From: an uncultured virus (IMG/VR IMGVR_UViG_3300042319_001462)
Taxonomy: Duplodnaviria; Heunggongvirae; Uroviricota; Caudoviricetes
Strand: one strand, 5' to 3'
DNA: 64,000 nucleotides
Virus record (IMG/VR): IMGVR_UViG_3300042319_001462
Coordinates: 1-64,000 of that record
In this document: piece by piece, positions 6,362 to 14,860 of the stretch
Layout of the letters: each line of letters starts with the position of its first letter
Position numbering within the stretch: the first letter of the stretch is position 1
Position numbers and translations under genes: made by a program
Notes under the pieces: model-generated
Told to the model about the DNA's origin: nothing
Databases searched by the model: none
What the model saw: the letters and a program-made list of their open reading frames with translations, nothing else

Positions 6362-6895
6362 ATGATTACTTTTAAAGAATTCATGGAAGTAGTGAATTAT
6401 CGTGTTACCGAGGGTAGCGACTACGGCTGGAGTTGTTTTGGTGATGATGCATATAGCCTGAGTGCGTGGAATGGTATTCACGGCGCCGGCGGCTGGAGTG
6501 CCAATATTGTGTTTGATACAAAGACTCAGGAGGTCTACGAAGTTGATGTTTGTGACTACACTAACAATCGTGCATATCGTATTATCAATTCTGAGTACAC
6601 TCAAGCACATGCCGATGAATCCGTTGACCGCGGAGAATTAGGTAATCAAGCCTGGGACGATGTTGAGTATATCAATCTTGAAGTTGACGATGAGTGGATC
6701 CAAAAGGGTCTAGCTATTGTAGCTGGCGAGGTTTACGATACTCGAGTACAAATGCCAGTTGATTTTTCCGACGAGGATTTGCTAAAATACATGAAGGCGG
6801 CGCATGACTTGGATATCACGTTTAACCAATATGTTGAGCAGGCTCTGAGGTTGGCAATTGAAAAACACAAAGATGGATCATGGCATGAACAGTGA
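6362..6895 (+). CDS. hypothetical phage protein (possible ribbon-helix-helix-like C-terminus)
   Basis: Start reassigned to ATG 6362 (AAGGA SD, downstream of the promoter; the track start overlaps tRNAs). Confidence 0.75.
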   Translation: MITFKEFMEVVNYRVTEGSDYGWSCFGDDAYSLSAWNGIHGAGGWSANIVFDTKTQEVYEVDVCDYTNNRAYRIINSEYTQAHADESVDRGELGNQAWDDVEYINLEVDDEWIQKGLAIVAGEVYDTRVQMPVDFSDEDLLKYMKAAHDLDITFNQYVEQALRLAIEKHKDGSWHEQ

Positions 6896-7193
6896 GTCAG
6901 ATAAATTCAAACGTTCGAAGCGTATTCAAAAAGATGAAAATGCTGTAAACAAGCAAGTCAAGATTGCCAAAGCACATGGGTTAACTGACAAAGATAAAGC
7001 CATACAAGAGCCTCATCGATTAGCAAAACATCACGCCATGGATTGTGGTAACCCTGAATGTTATTTGTGTGGTAATCCTAGGAAAACACACAAAGATAAA
7101 CTAACAACTCAAGAAAAGAGATTGTTTCAAGATGTAGAAAAATCTACAGATCGACATAGCAATGGTATTTTGCCGCCAACAGAGTTGGAATAA
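6885..7193 (+). CDS. hypothetical basic protein with Cys/His cluster
   Basis: HH..DCGNPECYLCGN motif; overlaps the upstream stop. Confidence 0.75.
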   Translation: MNSESDKFKRSKRIQKDENAVNKQVKIAKAHGLTDKDKAIQEPHRLAKHHAMDCGNPECYLCGNPRKTHKDKLTTQEKRLFQDVEKSTDRHSNGILPPTELE

Positions 7194-7200
7194 GTTCTAT

Positions 7201-7276
7201 GGTGTCACTAGTGTAGAGGTTCGCACACTAGTCTGTGAAACTGGTAGTACGGGATCGTTCCCCGTGTGACACCCCA
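7201..7276 (+). tRNA. tRNA-His(GUG), variant T-loop ATCGTTC
   Basis: G-1:C73; CTAGT-CTGTGAA-ACTGG; CCA. Confidence 0.9.
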
Positions 7277-7287
7277 GTTGAGATTTT

Positions 7288-7362
7288 GCCTGGATAGCTC
7301 AGGGGTAGAGCGTCTCCTTTACACGGAGAGGGTCCGCGGTTCGAAACCGTGTCCAGGTACCA
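7288..7362 (+). tRNA. tRNA-Val(UAC)
   Basis: TCTCC-TTTACAC-GGAGA; CCA. Confidence 0.94.
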
Positions 7363-7368
7363 TTTATT

Positions 7369-7443
7369 GCCCTAGTAGCTCAGTGGTAGAGCGCCGTCTT
7401 GATAAGGCGTAGGTCCGTGGATCGTTCCCACGCTAGGGTACCA
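7369..7443 (+). tRNA. tRNA-Ile(GAU) copy 2, variant T-loop ATCGTTC
   Basis: CGTC-TTGATAA-GGCG; CCA. Confidence 0.9.
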
Positions 7444-7460
7444 ATCAAAAGGAGTGCACC

Positions 7461-7961
7461 ATGCCGTGGATTCAAAACGTAGCCAAAAGCGACATTGCCC
7501 GGGGATTTCATATCAATCCCGGTGAGAACGCTATGCTGATTCAAATTGTGGATCCACCTGGTGACTTTCCCACACCCTTGTACAAGTTCAAGCAAGTTCA
7601 TCAATTTGAATTCTTAGACATTGAAGAAAATGATTTTGCATTAGACGAAGCCATGCGGTGCAGTCAAGAGCAGGCCAACGAGCTTGTTCGACTATTGCAA
7701 CATGCAAAGGACAATCACATGAATGTGGTTGTTCACTGTGTGGCGGGTGTTTGCCGTAGTGGTGCAGTGTGCGAAGTTGGTGTCATGCTGGGCTTTGATG
7801 ATACTGAGGTGTTTCGCAGTCCCAACTTGTTGGTCAAACATCGCATGATGAAGGCACTGGGTTGGACTTACGATGAACAAGAAGAAATCAAACATCGTCC
7901 ATATCTGTACCAACCGGATGAAAACGATCCACGCGGTACTGACACTCACGAAAGCAGTTGA
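7461..7961 (+). CDS. dual-specificity/tyrosine protein phosphatase family
   Basis: HCVAGVCRS = HCxxGxxRS signature; AGGAG SD. Confidence 0.88.
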   Translation: MPWIQNVAKSDIARGFHINPGENAMLIQIVDPPGDFPTPLYKFKQVHQFEFLDIEENDFALDEAMRCSQEQANELVRLLQHAKDNHMNVVVHCVAGVCRSGAVCEVGVMLGFDDTEVFRSPNLLVKHRMMKALGWTYDEQEEIKHRPYLYQPDENDPRGTDTHESS

Positions 7962-7970
7962 TGAATATTT

Positions 7971-8044
7971 AGGTCATTAGCTCAAAGGTAGAGCGGTGCA
8001 TTGACATTGCACATACAGCGGATCGTTACCGTTATGACCTACCA
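7971..8044 (+). tRNA. tRNA-Val(GAC), variant T-loop ATCGTTA
   Basis: GTGCA-TTGACAT-TGCAC; CCA. Confidence 0.9.
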
Positions 8045-8049
8045 GTTTT

Positions 8050-8180
8050 GCAAACATTAGACGTGTAGGGGTATACCTACCATTGGCGCTTGATACAATC
8101 CAGTGGACCAGGTGATCGGGTGCAAGACCCATAGAGATGCTGATATCTCACACACGCCCTAGCGAAATCAGTATGTTTGC
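8050..8180 (+). ncRNA. candidate structured ncRNA G
   Basis: GCAAACAT/ATGTTTGC closing stem followed by a T-run; multi-way junction (CGTGT/ACACG, GTAGG/CCTAC, CCATTGG/CCAGTGG, GGGT-GCAAG-ACCC, GAGAT/ATCTC). Confidence 0.5.
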
Positions 8181-8190
8181 TTTTTTATGG

Positions 8191-8219
8191 TTGACCAAAA
8201 ATCAACAATGTAGTATAAT
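8191..8219 (+). promoter_or_regulatory. sigma70-type promoter
   Basis: TTGACC-17 bp-TATAAT. Confidence 0.8.
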
Positions 8220-8225
8220 TGATGC

Positions 8226-8474
8226 ATGTACAAAGTAATCAGCAAAAATAACCTAACATTAAACGTATGTGCAACTTTGGACGAGGCCATGAGCTTTGCC
8301 AAAACTGTTGGAGTATTTGTAACCATTGCAGGAGCAGACTTCGAAGTATGCGGGGTGTTTGGTGTTGACGCTGTCAAAGACGGTGTGTGTCCAGACGGTG
8401 TTGCTTACGACTGGGACAAATCAAGCCGAATTGGCCGCGTTAAAAAAGAAAGGATTAGCGATGTCGTGCTTTAG
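8226..8474 (+). CDS. hypothetical protein (probably leaderless)
   Basis: ATG 6 nt after the -10 box. Confidence 0.65.
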   Translation: MYKVISKNNLTLNVCATLDEAMSFAKTVGVFVTIAGADFEVCGVFGVDAVKDGVCPDGVAYDWDKSSRIGRVKKERISDVVL

Positions 8475-8889
8475 TGTGTTAGTTAATAAAAAGATAAACG
8501 GAATGTTCATAGGCAACGATGCATGGACATTGGTATTTCGCGACATCAACGGAAATCACTATCGATTTGACACTGCAAATGATTGTTGCAATTCTGTGTG
8601 GTTCAACCATGTTAATGGTGTAGACTCTGTACTGGGCAGTGGCAACTCTTTTGATATCCTGCGTGGTGCAACAGTGTTGGCTGTAGAGTCAAAAGATTTT
8701 GAAAGACAAGATCTCGAAGATGAACACGAGTGCGTCGATGACGCATTTGTGACCATCCGCACAGATCGTGGATATATAGATTTAGAAGTTCGTAACAGCC
8801 ACAATGGTTATTACGGAGGATCCATCAGTTACAACCAAGACGGACTAGCTGATGTGGAAGATTTGAAGCCTGTTACCGCAGACTTTTAG
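8461..8889 (+). CDS. hypothetical phage protein
   Basis: Start reassigned to ATG 8461 (AAGGA SD); DCC...W and RNSHNGYYGG motifs. Confidence 0.75.
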   Translation: MSCFSVLVNKKINGMFIGNDAWTLVFRDINGNHYRFDTANDCCNSVWFNHVNGVDSVLGSGNSFDILRGATVLAVESKDFERQDLEDEHECVDDAFVTIRTDRGYIDLEVRNSHNGYYGGSISYNQDGLADVEDLKPVTADF

Positions 8890-8891
8890 AC

Positions 8892-8973
8892 GCCCCGATG
8901 GTGGAATGGTAGACACGGTAGACTCAAAATCTACTGCTTCGGCGTCCCGGTTCGAGTCCGGGTTGGGGTACCA
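8892..8973 (+). tRNA. tRNA-Leu(CAA)
   Basis: GTAGA-CTCAAAA-TCTAC; variable arm; CCA. Confidence 0.94.
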
Positions 8974-8980
8974 GATTAAT

Positions 8981-9064
8981 GCGAGTGTGGTGTAATGGTA
9001 GCCACAGGAGACTTAAAATCTCCCGTCTTAGGGCGTGCCGGTTCGACTCCGGCCACTCGCACCA
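8981..9064 (+). tRNA. tRNA-Leu(UAA)
   Basis: GGAGA-CTTAAAA-TCTCC; variable arm; CCA. Confidence 0.94.
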
Positions 9065-9083
9065 GTATAAGTAAGATAACACA

Positions 9084-9716
9084 ATGTCGACACTTAAAGT
9101 AGCTTTTTTAAATTTGCCTGCGCCGCCGACAGCGTTGGCAACCCAGTTGATCAACTGTTGCCAACAAATCCCCTTGTTTGAAGAACACAGGATCTGGGTC
9201 GACAATTTTCATCGCAACGAAATCCCTGTGGCTGCACACGAATACGGCACCAAAGACACTGTACTGTCTGCCGAAATACAAAATCAAATTAGAGCAGTTT
9301 ATCAGAAATTTTTTCCAAACACAGTTGTATCCGCAGTGGTTGGTAAAATTAAAAATGTATTGTCGGTTCCCAGTCAAAGTCCACCACATTGTGATCGTGC
9401 AAGATATGTTGCCATAAACTATTTGCTAGAGCTTGGCGGTCCGGATGTTCGCACAGTATTTTACAAAGAATCGCGACCCAATCCCGATCTTTCCAGTGCT
9501 GCCAACATCTACCACAAGGATGTGACTGTGGATTTTAAAACTGTGATTCCGTTACATCAATGGCATGCTTATGATGTGCAACACTATCACAGCGTGGAGA
9601 ATATCATAACTGAACGCTATTTGTTTTCTCTACTGCTTGATACCAACCCCACGTTTGCCGACTTTAGGCAACGTTATAAAAATTTAATAGATACCGACCA
9701 CTCCATACAGACATAA
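9084..9716 (+). CDS. putative 2OG-Fe(II) oxygenase-like protein
   Basis: PHCD (HxD)...HSV...RYLFS (distal His and Arg) pattern. Confidence 0.6.
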   Translation: MSTLKVAFLNLPAPPTALATQLINCCQQIPLFEEHRIWVDNFHRNEIPVAAHEYGTKDTVLSAEIQNQIRAVYQKFFPNTVVSAVVGKIKNVLSVPSQSPPHCDRARYVAINYLLELGGPDVRTVFYKESRPNPDLSSAANIYHKDVTVDFKTVIPLHQWHAYDVQHYHSVENIITERYLFSLLLDTNPTFADFRQRYKNLIDTDHSIQT

Positions 9717-9733
9717 CACACAAAGGAAATTGT

Positions 9734-10207
9734 ATGCCAACTATAGATATAAACCAAGTCAAGGATTATATTGCCCAACAAGGCCCAAACACACGTATCT
9801 ACCTAGGAGCAGACTCGGAGCGCCATCGTATCAATGGAATATGGTGGGGTGTTTACACTGTGTGCATTGTAGTACATATCGACGGATGCCACGGTTGCAA
9901 AATCTTTGGAGAAATCACTCGTGAACGTGACTACGACCAACGAGCCAATCGTCCCAGCATGCGTTTGATGAATGAAGTATACAAGGTTAGCGAAATGTTT
10001 CAGAAACTGAGTACTGTACTTGAAGATCGACCAGTTGAAGTTCACTTGGATATTAACCCAGATGAAATGCACGGTAGTTCATGTGTGGTCAGTCAAGCCA
10101 TTGGCTACATTCGCGGCACCTGCAATGTTATTCCGTTGGTGAAACCGCATGCCTGGGCTGCCTCACATGCAGCCGACAAGTTCCCAAGCCTGCAACGAGT
10201 GGCTTGA
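9734..10207 (+). CDS. RNase H-like (YkuK-type) protein
   Basis: IYLGADS, RLMNEV, EVHLDIN, AASHAAD motifs. Confidence 0.8.
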   Translation: MPTIDINQVKDYIAQQGPNTRIYLGADSERHRINGIWWGVYTVCIVVHIDGCHGCKIFGEITRERDYDQRANRPSMRLMNEVYKVSEMFQKLSTVLEDRPVEVHLDINPDEMHGSSCVVSQAIGYIRGTCNVIPLVKPHAWAASHAADKFPSLQRVA

Positions 10208-10219
10208 TAAGTATCAGCT

Positions 10220-11797
10220 ATGCTAGACAACCACAAACCAAATGTTGTAATCCTTACTGATCGCACAGATGTGTTGTTGCTGTCTAAGCCACTGGGCTCT
10301 CACAAAGTTGCATGCGAGCTTAGAGCGGCTGGGTACGAAGTGCTAGTGATAAATCACTTGCATGTGTTTTCAATTGAAGAAATCAAGAACATACTCCAAC
10401 AAACAGTTAATCAACAAACATTGTTTGTGGGAGTTAATTCTTTCTTTTATCAGTCAATAGAAAATCCCATTCAACTTGACACCCCGGACGTGCTGGATCA
10501 CGAACGCGGTGGACAGAAGTATACCGAGCGAGAGCCCGGTGCGTTTCTACCACATGGTATCAAGTACAACCGTGAACTACGTGAGCTAGTTTCCAATATC
10601 AACCCGCATTGTCAATGGGTGCTTGGTGGACCAGATGCACAAGACTTATCTTACATACGAGATTACGATTATGCTGTGATTGGTTACGGCGATGTTGCCA
10701 TAGTAAATCTAGCTGATCATTTGCACAAAGGCACTCCACTTGAAAAGTCTCGGCGCAGTTTGTTTGGAACCACGCTAGTGGATGACCGAGCGGCCGAATC
10801 ATACGACTTTAACAGCAGTGTTATGAAATATCAACCTCAGGATGCTATCTTGCCCGGGGAAACATTGGTAATCGAGATCAGTCGAGGTTGTATATTTCGA
10901 TGTGGATTTTGCAGTTATCCCTTGAACGGCAAGAAAAAATTAGATCACATCAAGCATGAAGAAACTCTGCGCAACGAACTGATTGATAATTATCAGCAAT
11001 TCGGAGTCACAAGGTACTTGTTTTCCGATGACACATTTAATGACAGTCAAGAAAAAGTAGAGATGATACATCGTGTGTCTAAATCACTGCCGTTTGATTT
11101 AGAGTTTTGGGCATTTGCTAGATTAGATCTGCTGGCAGCTCACCCTCATACCATTGACTTGTTGTTTGACAGTGGATGTCGTGGATGTTTTTTCGGTATT
11201 GAAACACTTGACCCTGCCACTGCCAAGTTGATTGGTAAAGGTGGATCAAGACAAAAGCTGATTGATACCTTGCGCATTTGCAAAGAAAAATACGGTGATC
11301 GTATTCTGTTGCATGGTACATTTATCTTTGGATTGCCTGGAGAAGAAATTGCCAGCATGGAACGTACTGCACAGGCTTTGCTGAACAAAGATATACCACT
11401 AGACTCCTGGGTGGTGCTTCCATTTTATCTAAGTCAACAAAATCTAGCCTACACAAGTGAGTTCGATCGTTACCCAGAAAAATACGGATACGAAATCACT
11501 GGAACACAAGACAACAATCGGTACTTGTGGAAAAATCAATTTACCACCTTTGAAGATTGCAAACGCATGGCTGACGAGTTAATGGCTCAGGGCATTCGTG
11601 ACGGTAATAGAAAAGTAAGCAATTTGGCCGCATTTGAAATTGCCGGGCTTGGGTTTGATTTGGACTTTGCTCTGAACAAACCAATGAAAGATTTTGATTG
11701 GCACAGTGTTGATGTTAGAAAACAACAGCGAGCAATTGAATACAAGGAGTTGTTGCATCGCCGACTGGGTATCATGCCGTTGACAACAAATGAATAA
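10220..11797 (+). CDS. B12-binding-domain-type radical SAM protein
   Basis: SRGCIFRCGFC, DDTFN, FFGIETL, FIFGLPGE; N-terminal region with LGGP and GYGD. Confidence 0.85.
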   Translation: MLDNHKPNVVILTDRTDVLLLSKPLGSHKVACELRAAGYEVLVINHLHVFSIEEIKNILQQTVNQQTLFVGVNSFFYQSIENPIQLDTPDVLDHERGGQKYTEREPGAFLPHGIKYNRELRELVSNINPHCQWVLGGPDAQDLSYIRDYDYAVIGYGDVAIVNLADHLHKGTPLEKSRRSLFGTTLVDDRAAESYDFNSSVMKYQPQDAILPGETLVIEISRGCIFRCGFCSYPLNGKKKLDHIKHEETLRNELIDNYQQFGVTRYLFSDDTFNDSQEKVEMIHRVSKSLPFDLEFWAFARLDLLAAHPHTIDLLFDSGCRGCFFGIETLDPATAKLIGKGGSRQKLIDTLRICKEKYGDRILLHGTFIFGLPGEEIASMERTAQALLNKDIPLDSWVVLPFYLSQQNLAYTSEFDRYPEKYGYEITGTQDNNRYLWKNQFTTFEDCKRMADELMAQGIRDGNRKVSNLAAFEIAGLGFDLDFALNKPMKDFDWHSVDVRKQQRAIEYKELLHRRLGIMPLTTNE

Positions 11798-11808
11798 TTT
11801 GCTATAAT
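11780..11808 (+). promoter_or_regulatory. sigma70-type promoter of rpoZ
   Basis: TTGACA-17 bp-TATAAT. Confidence 0.85.
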
Positions 11809-11838
11809 ACACACATAGTTTAACAAAAGGAAAATTTT

Positions 11839-12102
11839 ATGGCCAGATACACCAGTGAATCAGCAGTAAGTGCAGTGGGCAACCGGTACGACCTGGTGCT
11901 GATTGCATCCAGGCGTGCTAGAGAACTTTCTGTGGGGTATCAACCAACTGTTGTCAGCAATTCGGGCAATCTTGTCAAGGCTCTGGAAGAAATTGAACAA
12001 GGCAAAATTGGGCGTGAGCTTTTGCTAAAATCCACGCATGTGGAAGATCGAAGAACACGCAAAGAACGACACAGTGCCACACCTGGCCTTCCCGGTCGAT
12101 AA
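11839..12102 (+). CDS. rpoZ: RNA polymerase omega subunit homologue
   Basis: MARYT...GNRYDLVLIASRRAREL...ALEEIEQG matches the omega pattern. Confidence 0.85.
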   Translation: MARYTSESAVSAVGNRYDLVLIASRRARELSVGYQPTVVSNSGNLVKALEEIEQGKIGRELLLKSTHVEDRRTRKERHSATPGLPGR

Positions 12103-12133
12103 TGATTCTGTTAACCTATTCCGGAGTTGATAG

Positions 12134-12310
12134 ATGAACGAACGAATTAAACAACTAATGAATCAAGCAGGCACTGATACTAGTGGCAAATGGATGGGCG
12201 TGGACCATGCTGAAAAGTTCGCCGAGTTGATTGTGAAGAAATGTGCTGAACTTTGCTTGGCAGACTACGATGCAGACATTATACTGGCACATTTCGGAGT
12301 TGAAGAATAA
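12134..12310 (+). CDS. small hypothetical phage protein (MNERIKQL...HFGVEE, 58 aa)
   Basis: GGAG SD; open frame; below the track cutoff. Confidence 0.7.
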   Translation: MNERIKQLMNQAGTDTSGKWMGVDHAEKFAELIVKKCAELCLADYDADIILAHFGVEE

Positions 12311-12319
12311 ATAAAAGTT

Positions 12320-12640
12320 AAGACTGTATGAAGTAGACAGAAAAGGATTCAAGACGCGGGGGCAGTGCCCGCCAGGTCCACCATAAGGAGATTACGTGAG
12401 ATTACCATCATTGTTAGCAATATTAATTTTCATAGTAATAGTAGCAATCTTTTTATGATGGGCCTGACACAGGATCGATTGGGTCAAGAGTATTGAAATG
12501 GACAGTCCGGCAATGTAGAAGCCGTAGGATTGGGGTAACTCGGTCGAAGAAGCAAAACAAAGTAAACGCAAACGACTCACAGTTCGCATTAGCTGCCTAA
12601 ACTCAGCTTAGGGTAAGACATACCTCGTAACAGAAACTCT
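12320..12640 (+). ncRNA. ssrA: circularly permuted two-piece tmRNA (acceptor piece ends at 12383, coding piece starts at 12460, tag ANDSQFALAA at 12568-12600)
   Basis: T-arm GCGGG-GGCAGTG-CCCGC plus CAGGTCC-A-CCA lies upstream of the 5' strand GGGCCTG...GGATCGA; G3:U70 pair; tag ends in LAA-stop; outer ends approximate. Confidence 0.92.
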
Positions 12641-12641
12641 A

Positions 12642-12666
12642 GAAGCCCACTTCGGTGGGCTTTTTC
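12642..12666 (+). terminator. intrinsic terminator after the tmRNA
   Basis: AAGCCCAC-TTCG-GTGGGCTT followed by a T-run. Confidence 0.9.
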
Positions 12667-12838
12667 TTGATTAAATTAATTGACAGAATAAATATAGTCA
12701 GCAACGCCGGTATCAGACCGACGTCGGATCTCCAAGACGCTTGACATATCGATGTCTTTACTGTATTATTAATACAGAACGCCTACCGTGTGTGGACAAA
12801 ACGTTCACTAGCCCTAAATCACAACAAAGGAAAACACG

Positions 12839-13897
12839 ATGAAAACTCGCTCACTTAAAAATTACGACTCCACAGTTGGAGTAGAAGTATACGACATTGA
12901 CCTAAATTCAGATGATGAAATATTTGAACTTGGTAGGCTTGTTGCCGGACAATGCATTGTATTTGTCAATCAAAAAATTCCCACAGAAAGATTGTTCAAT
13001 GTAATGATGCAATGGGGAGACCCTAGCCGAGCAATCATGCATAACTACGTGCTTGAAAGTAAACTGCAAGGTCGGCATTGGCGCGAACTGTTGCTCAACT
13101 TGGGATTTGTTGCCAAGAATGTAAAAGACCTATCAGCGGCAGTGACCCTGGTCAGCTACAAGAATGATGATCACGGGCGTCCTACTGGATTGTTTACCAA
13201 TGGTGAACTAGACTGGCACAGTGACCAATGTTCATCCGATGATGCACAACGCATTATTGGCCTGCAGAGTGTAAGCGACACGGCCAACAGCCAAACCACA
13301 TTTTTGTGCACACACGATGCATATGAGTCTCTCAGCAGTGATATGCGTAGCATGGTCAAAGAGCTTGTGGTTCGACACAAATGGACTGACAATCTCATGG
13401 CCCCTGGACTGAACAAAACACAGAGCTTGATTCTGCGTTACAACATGACTCCGTTGGATGGCATGGAGACTCGGCTGTACCGAGAAACTGTTACAGGACT
13501 GTCGGGTATGAAAATCCCCAGTCATACATTTGACGGTTTTGTTGGCATGAGTCAAGAAGAAAGTCAGCGTGTGATGTCTGAATTGAAACGTCATGTGTAT
13601 CAGGATCGCTATGTATACACCCAAAATTGGGCTGACGGACAAATTGTGTTCATGGATCAAGAAATTACACTGCATGCTCGACCAACCAATGTGCAAGATG
13701 GAGACAAACGCACCATGGCTCGTGTGGTGTCTTATCTAAACAAGGTATACCCGCATGTGCAACCTGCAACCACGGTGAGATACAACGGGGAAATTTACAC
13801 ACACGACGAATTTGCCAAGTTGGTTGATGCAGATCGCAAAGACTATTTTGAAAAAACTCAACAGAGTTCTTACACTGTTTATGACCCAACACATTAA
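12839..13897 (+). CDS. TauD/TfdA-family 2OG-Fe(II) dioxygenase
   Basis: WHSD (HxD), W..G..V..D....LHAR...R.M.R. Confidence 0.88.
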   Translation: MKTRSLKNYDSTVGVEVYDIDLNSDDEIFELGRLVAGQCIVFVNQKIPTERLFNVMMQWGDPSRAIMHNYVLESKLQGRHWRELLLNLGFVAKNVKDLSAAVTLVSYKNDDHGRPTGLFTNGELDWHSDQCSSDDAQRIIGLQSVSDTANSQTTFLCTHDAYESLSSDMRSMVKELVVRHKWTDNLMAPGLNKTQSLILRYNMTPLDGMETRLYRETVTGLSGMKIPSHTFDGFVGMSQEESQRVMSELKRHVYQDRYVYTQNWADGQIVFMDQEITLHARPTNVQDGDKRTMARVVSYLNKVYPHVQPATTVRYNGEIYTHDEFAKLVDADRKDYFEKTQQSSYTVYDPTH

Positions 13898-14609
13898 TAC
13901 AACTGACAGACCGTTGATATTGGTGGGGTCAAGTATGACCATGGAAAAGTACACCGACATGTGCAATGTGTTGGGTATACAAATCCATGGTTGTATTGAC
14001 AGCGATTACTTTGGCAACAAATCTGAATTGTATGGAGTGCCTGTTATCGACACAGAAGATGCGTTTGAGCAAGACACCAAACTGAATTACTACCAACGCA
14101 ACTTCAATTTCTTTTGTGCTACAAACTGGGCTCCCGAAAAGGATGCTGTTACCACTCGCAATAGAGAAAAGCGACAGAGGCTGATCAATCTACTGGATAG
14201 TAAGCAACTGTCAGTCATTAGCTTGATTGACCCCACGGCCCATGTTAGCCGTAGCGCCACTATTGGTCGTGGGGTGTTTGTTGATGGTCTTGCGCAGATT
14301 GAGCCAGGTGTGGTACTGGGTGATTACTCTATGATTTACAGTTTTACTTGTGTGGGTCATCACACCAGAGTTGACCGTAATTCAGTACTGCAAAGATTTT
14401 GCTCGATTGGTGGTGACATTCACTTTGAAGAAAACTGTTTCCTGGGGGTCAATGTCAAGGCTCTCAAGACCAGTGCAACATTTGGCAAAGACACCTTTGT
14501 GCACGAATGCCTATACATTCGACGCGGAACCATGCCAGGGGAAGTGGTCAGCATCAATGGCTCCAATATGAGTCGAGTCTATTCTGAACAACAACGACAT
14601 ATCACCTAA
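13881..14609 (+). CDS. hexapeptide-repeat acetyltransferase (NeuD/PglD-like)
   Basis: LIDPTAHVS..ATIG.G..V, VGHH hexapeptide repeats; start reassigned to ATG 13881. Confidence 0.8.
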   Translation: MTQHINTTDRPLILVGSSMTMEKYTDMCNVLGIQIHGCIDSDYFGNKSELYGVPVIDTEDAFEQDTKLNYYQRNFNFFCATNWAPEKDAVTTRNREKRQRLINLLDSKQLSVISLIDPTAHVSRSATIGRGVFVDGLAQIEPGVVLGDYSMIYSFTCVGHHTRVDRNSVLQRFCSIGGDIHFEENCFLGVNVKALKTSATFGKDTFVHECLYIRRGTMPGEVVSINGSNMSRVYSEQQRHIT

Positions 14610-14614
14610 CTATC

Positions 14615-14860
14615 ATGATTATATCTGAACTTAAAAAAATTATTTCTATTCAACTGGGAATTCCTGAAAGCAAAATTCACGAACACCACGAGATTGTAGC
14701 TGACTTGGGGGCCGACTCACTGGACTTGATTGAGCTGGTGATGGAGATTGAAACAAAATTTAAAATTGCAATTGAAGAACACGAATACGAGAACGCAAGA
14801 ACTGTGCAACAAATTGTAAACCTTATTCAGAGCAAACATGAAAGTCACCGTAAAACGTAA
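14615..14860 (+). CDS. acpP: acyl carrier protein
   Basis: DLGADSLDLIELVMEIE phosphopantetheine motif. Confidence 0.9.
   Translation: MIISELKKIISIQLGIPESKIHEHHEIVADLGADSLDLIELVMEIETKFKIAIEEHEYENARTVQQIVNLIQSKHESHRKT

Noticed and set aside
12741..12769. sigma70 promoter TTGACA-17-TATTAT upstream of the TauD gene
   Set aside because: Plausible, but the -10 is imperfect and lies within leader hairpins, and a late-type motif upstream is an alternative; not called
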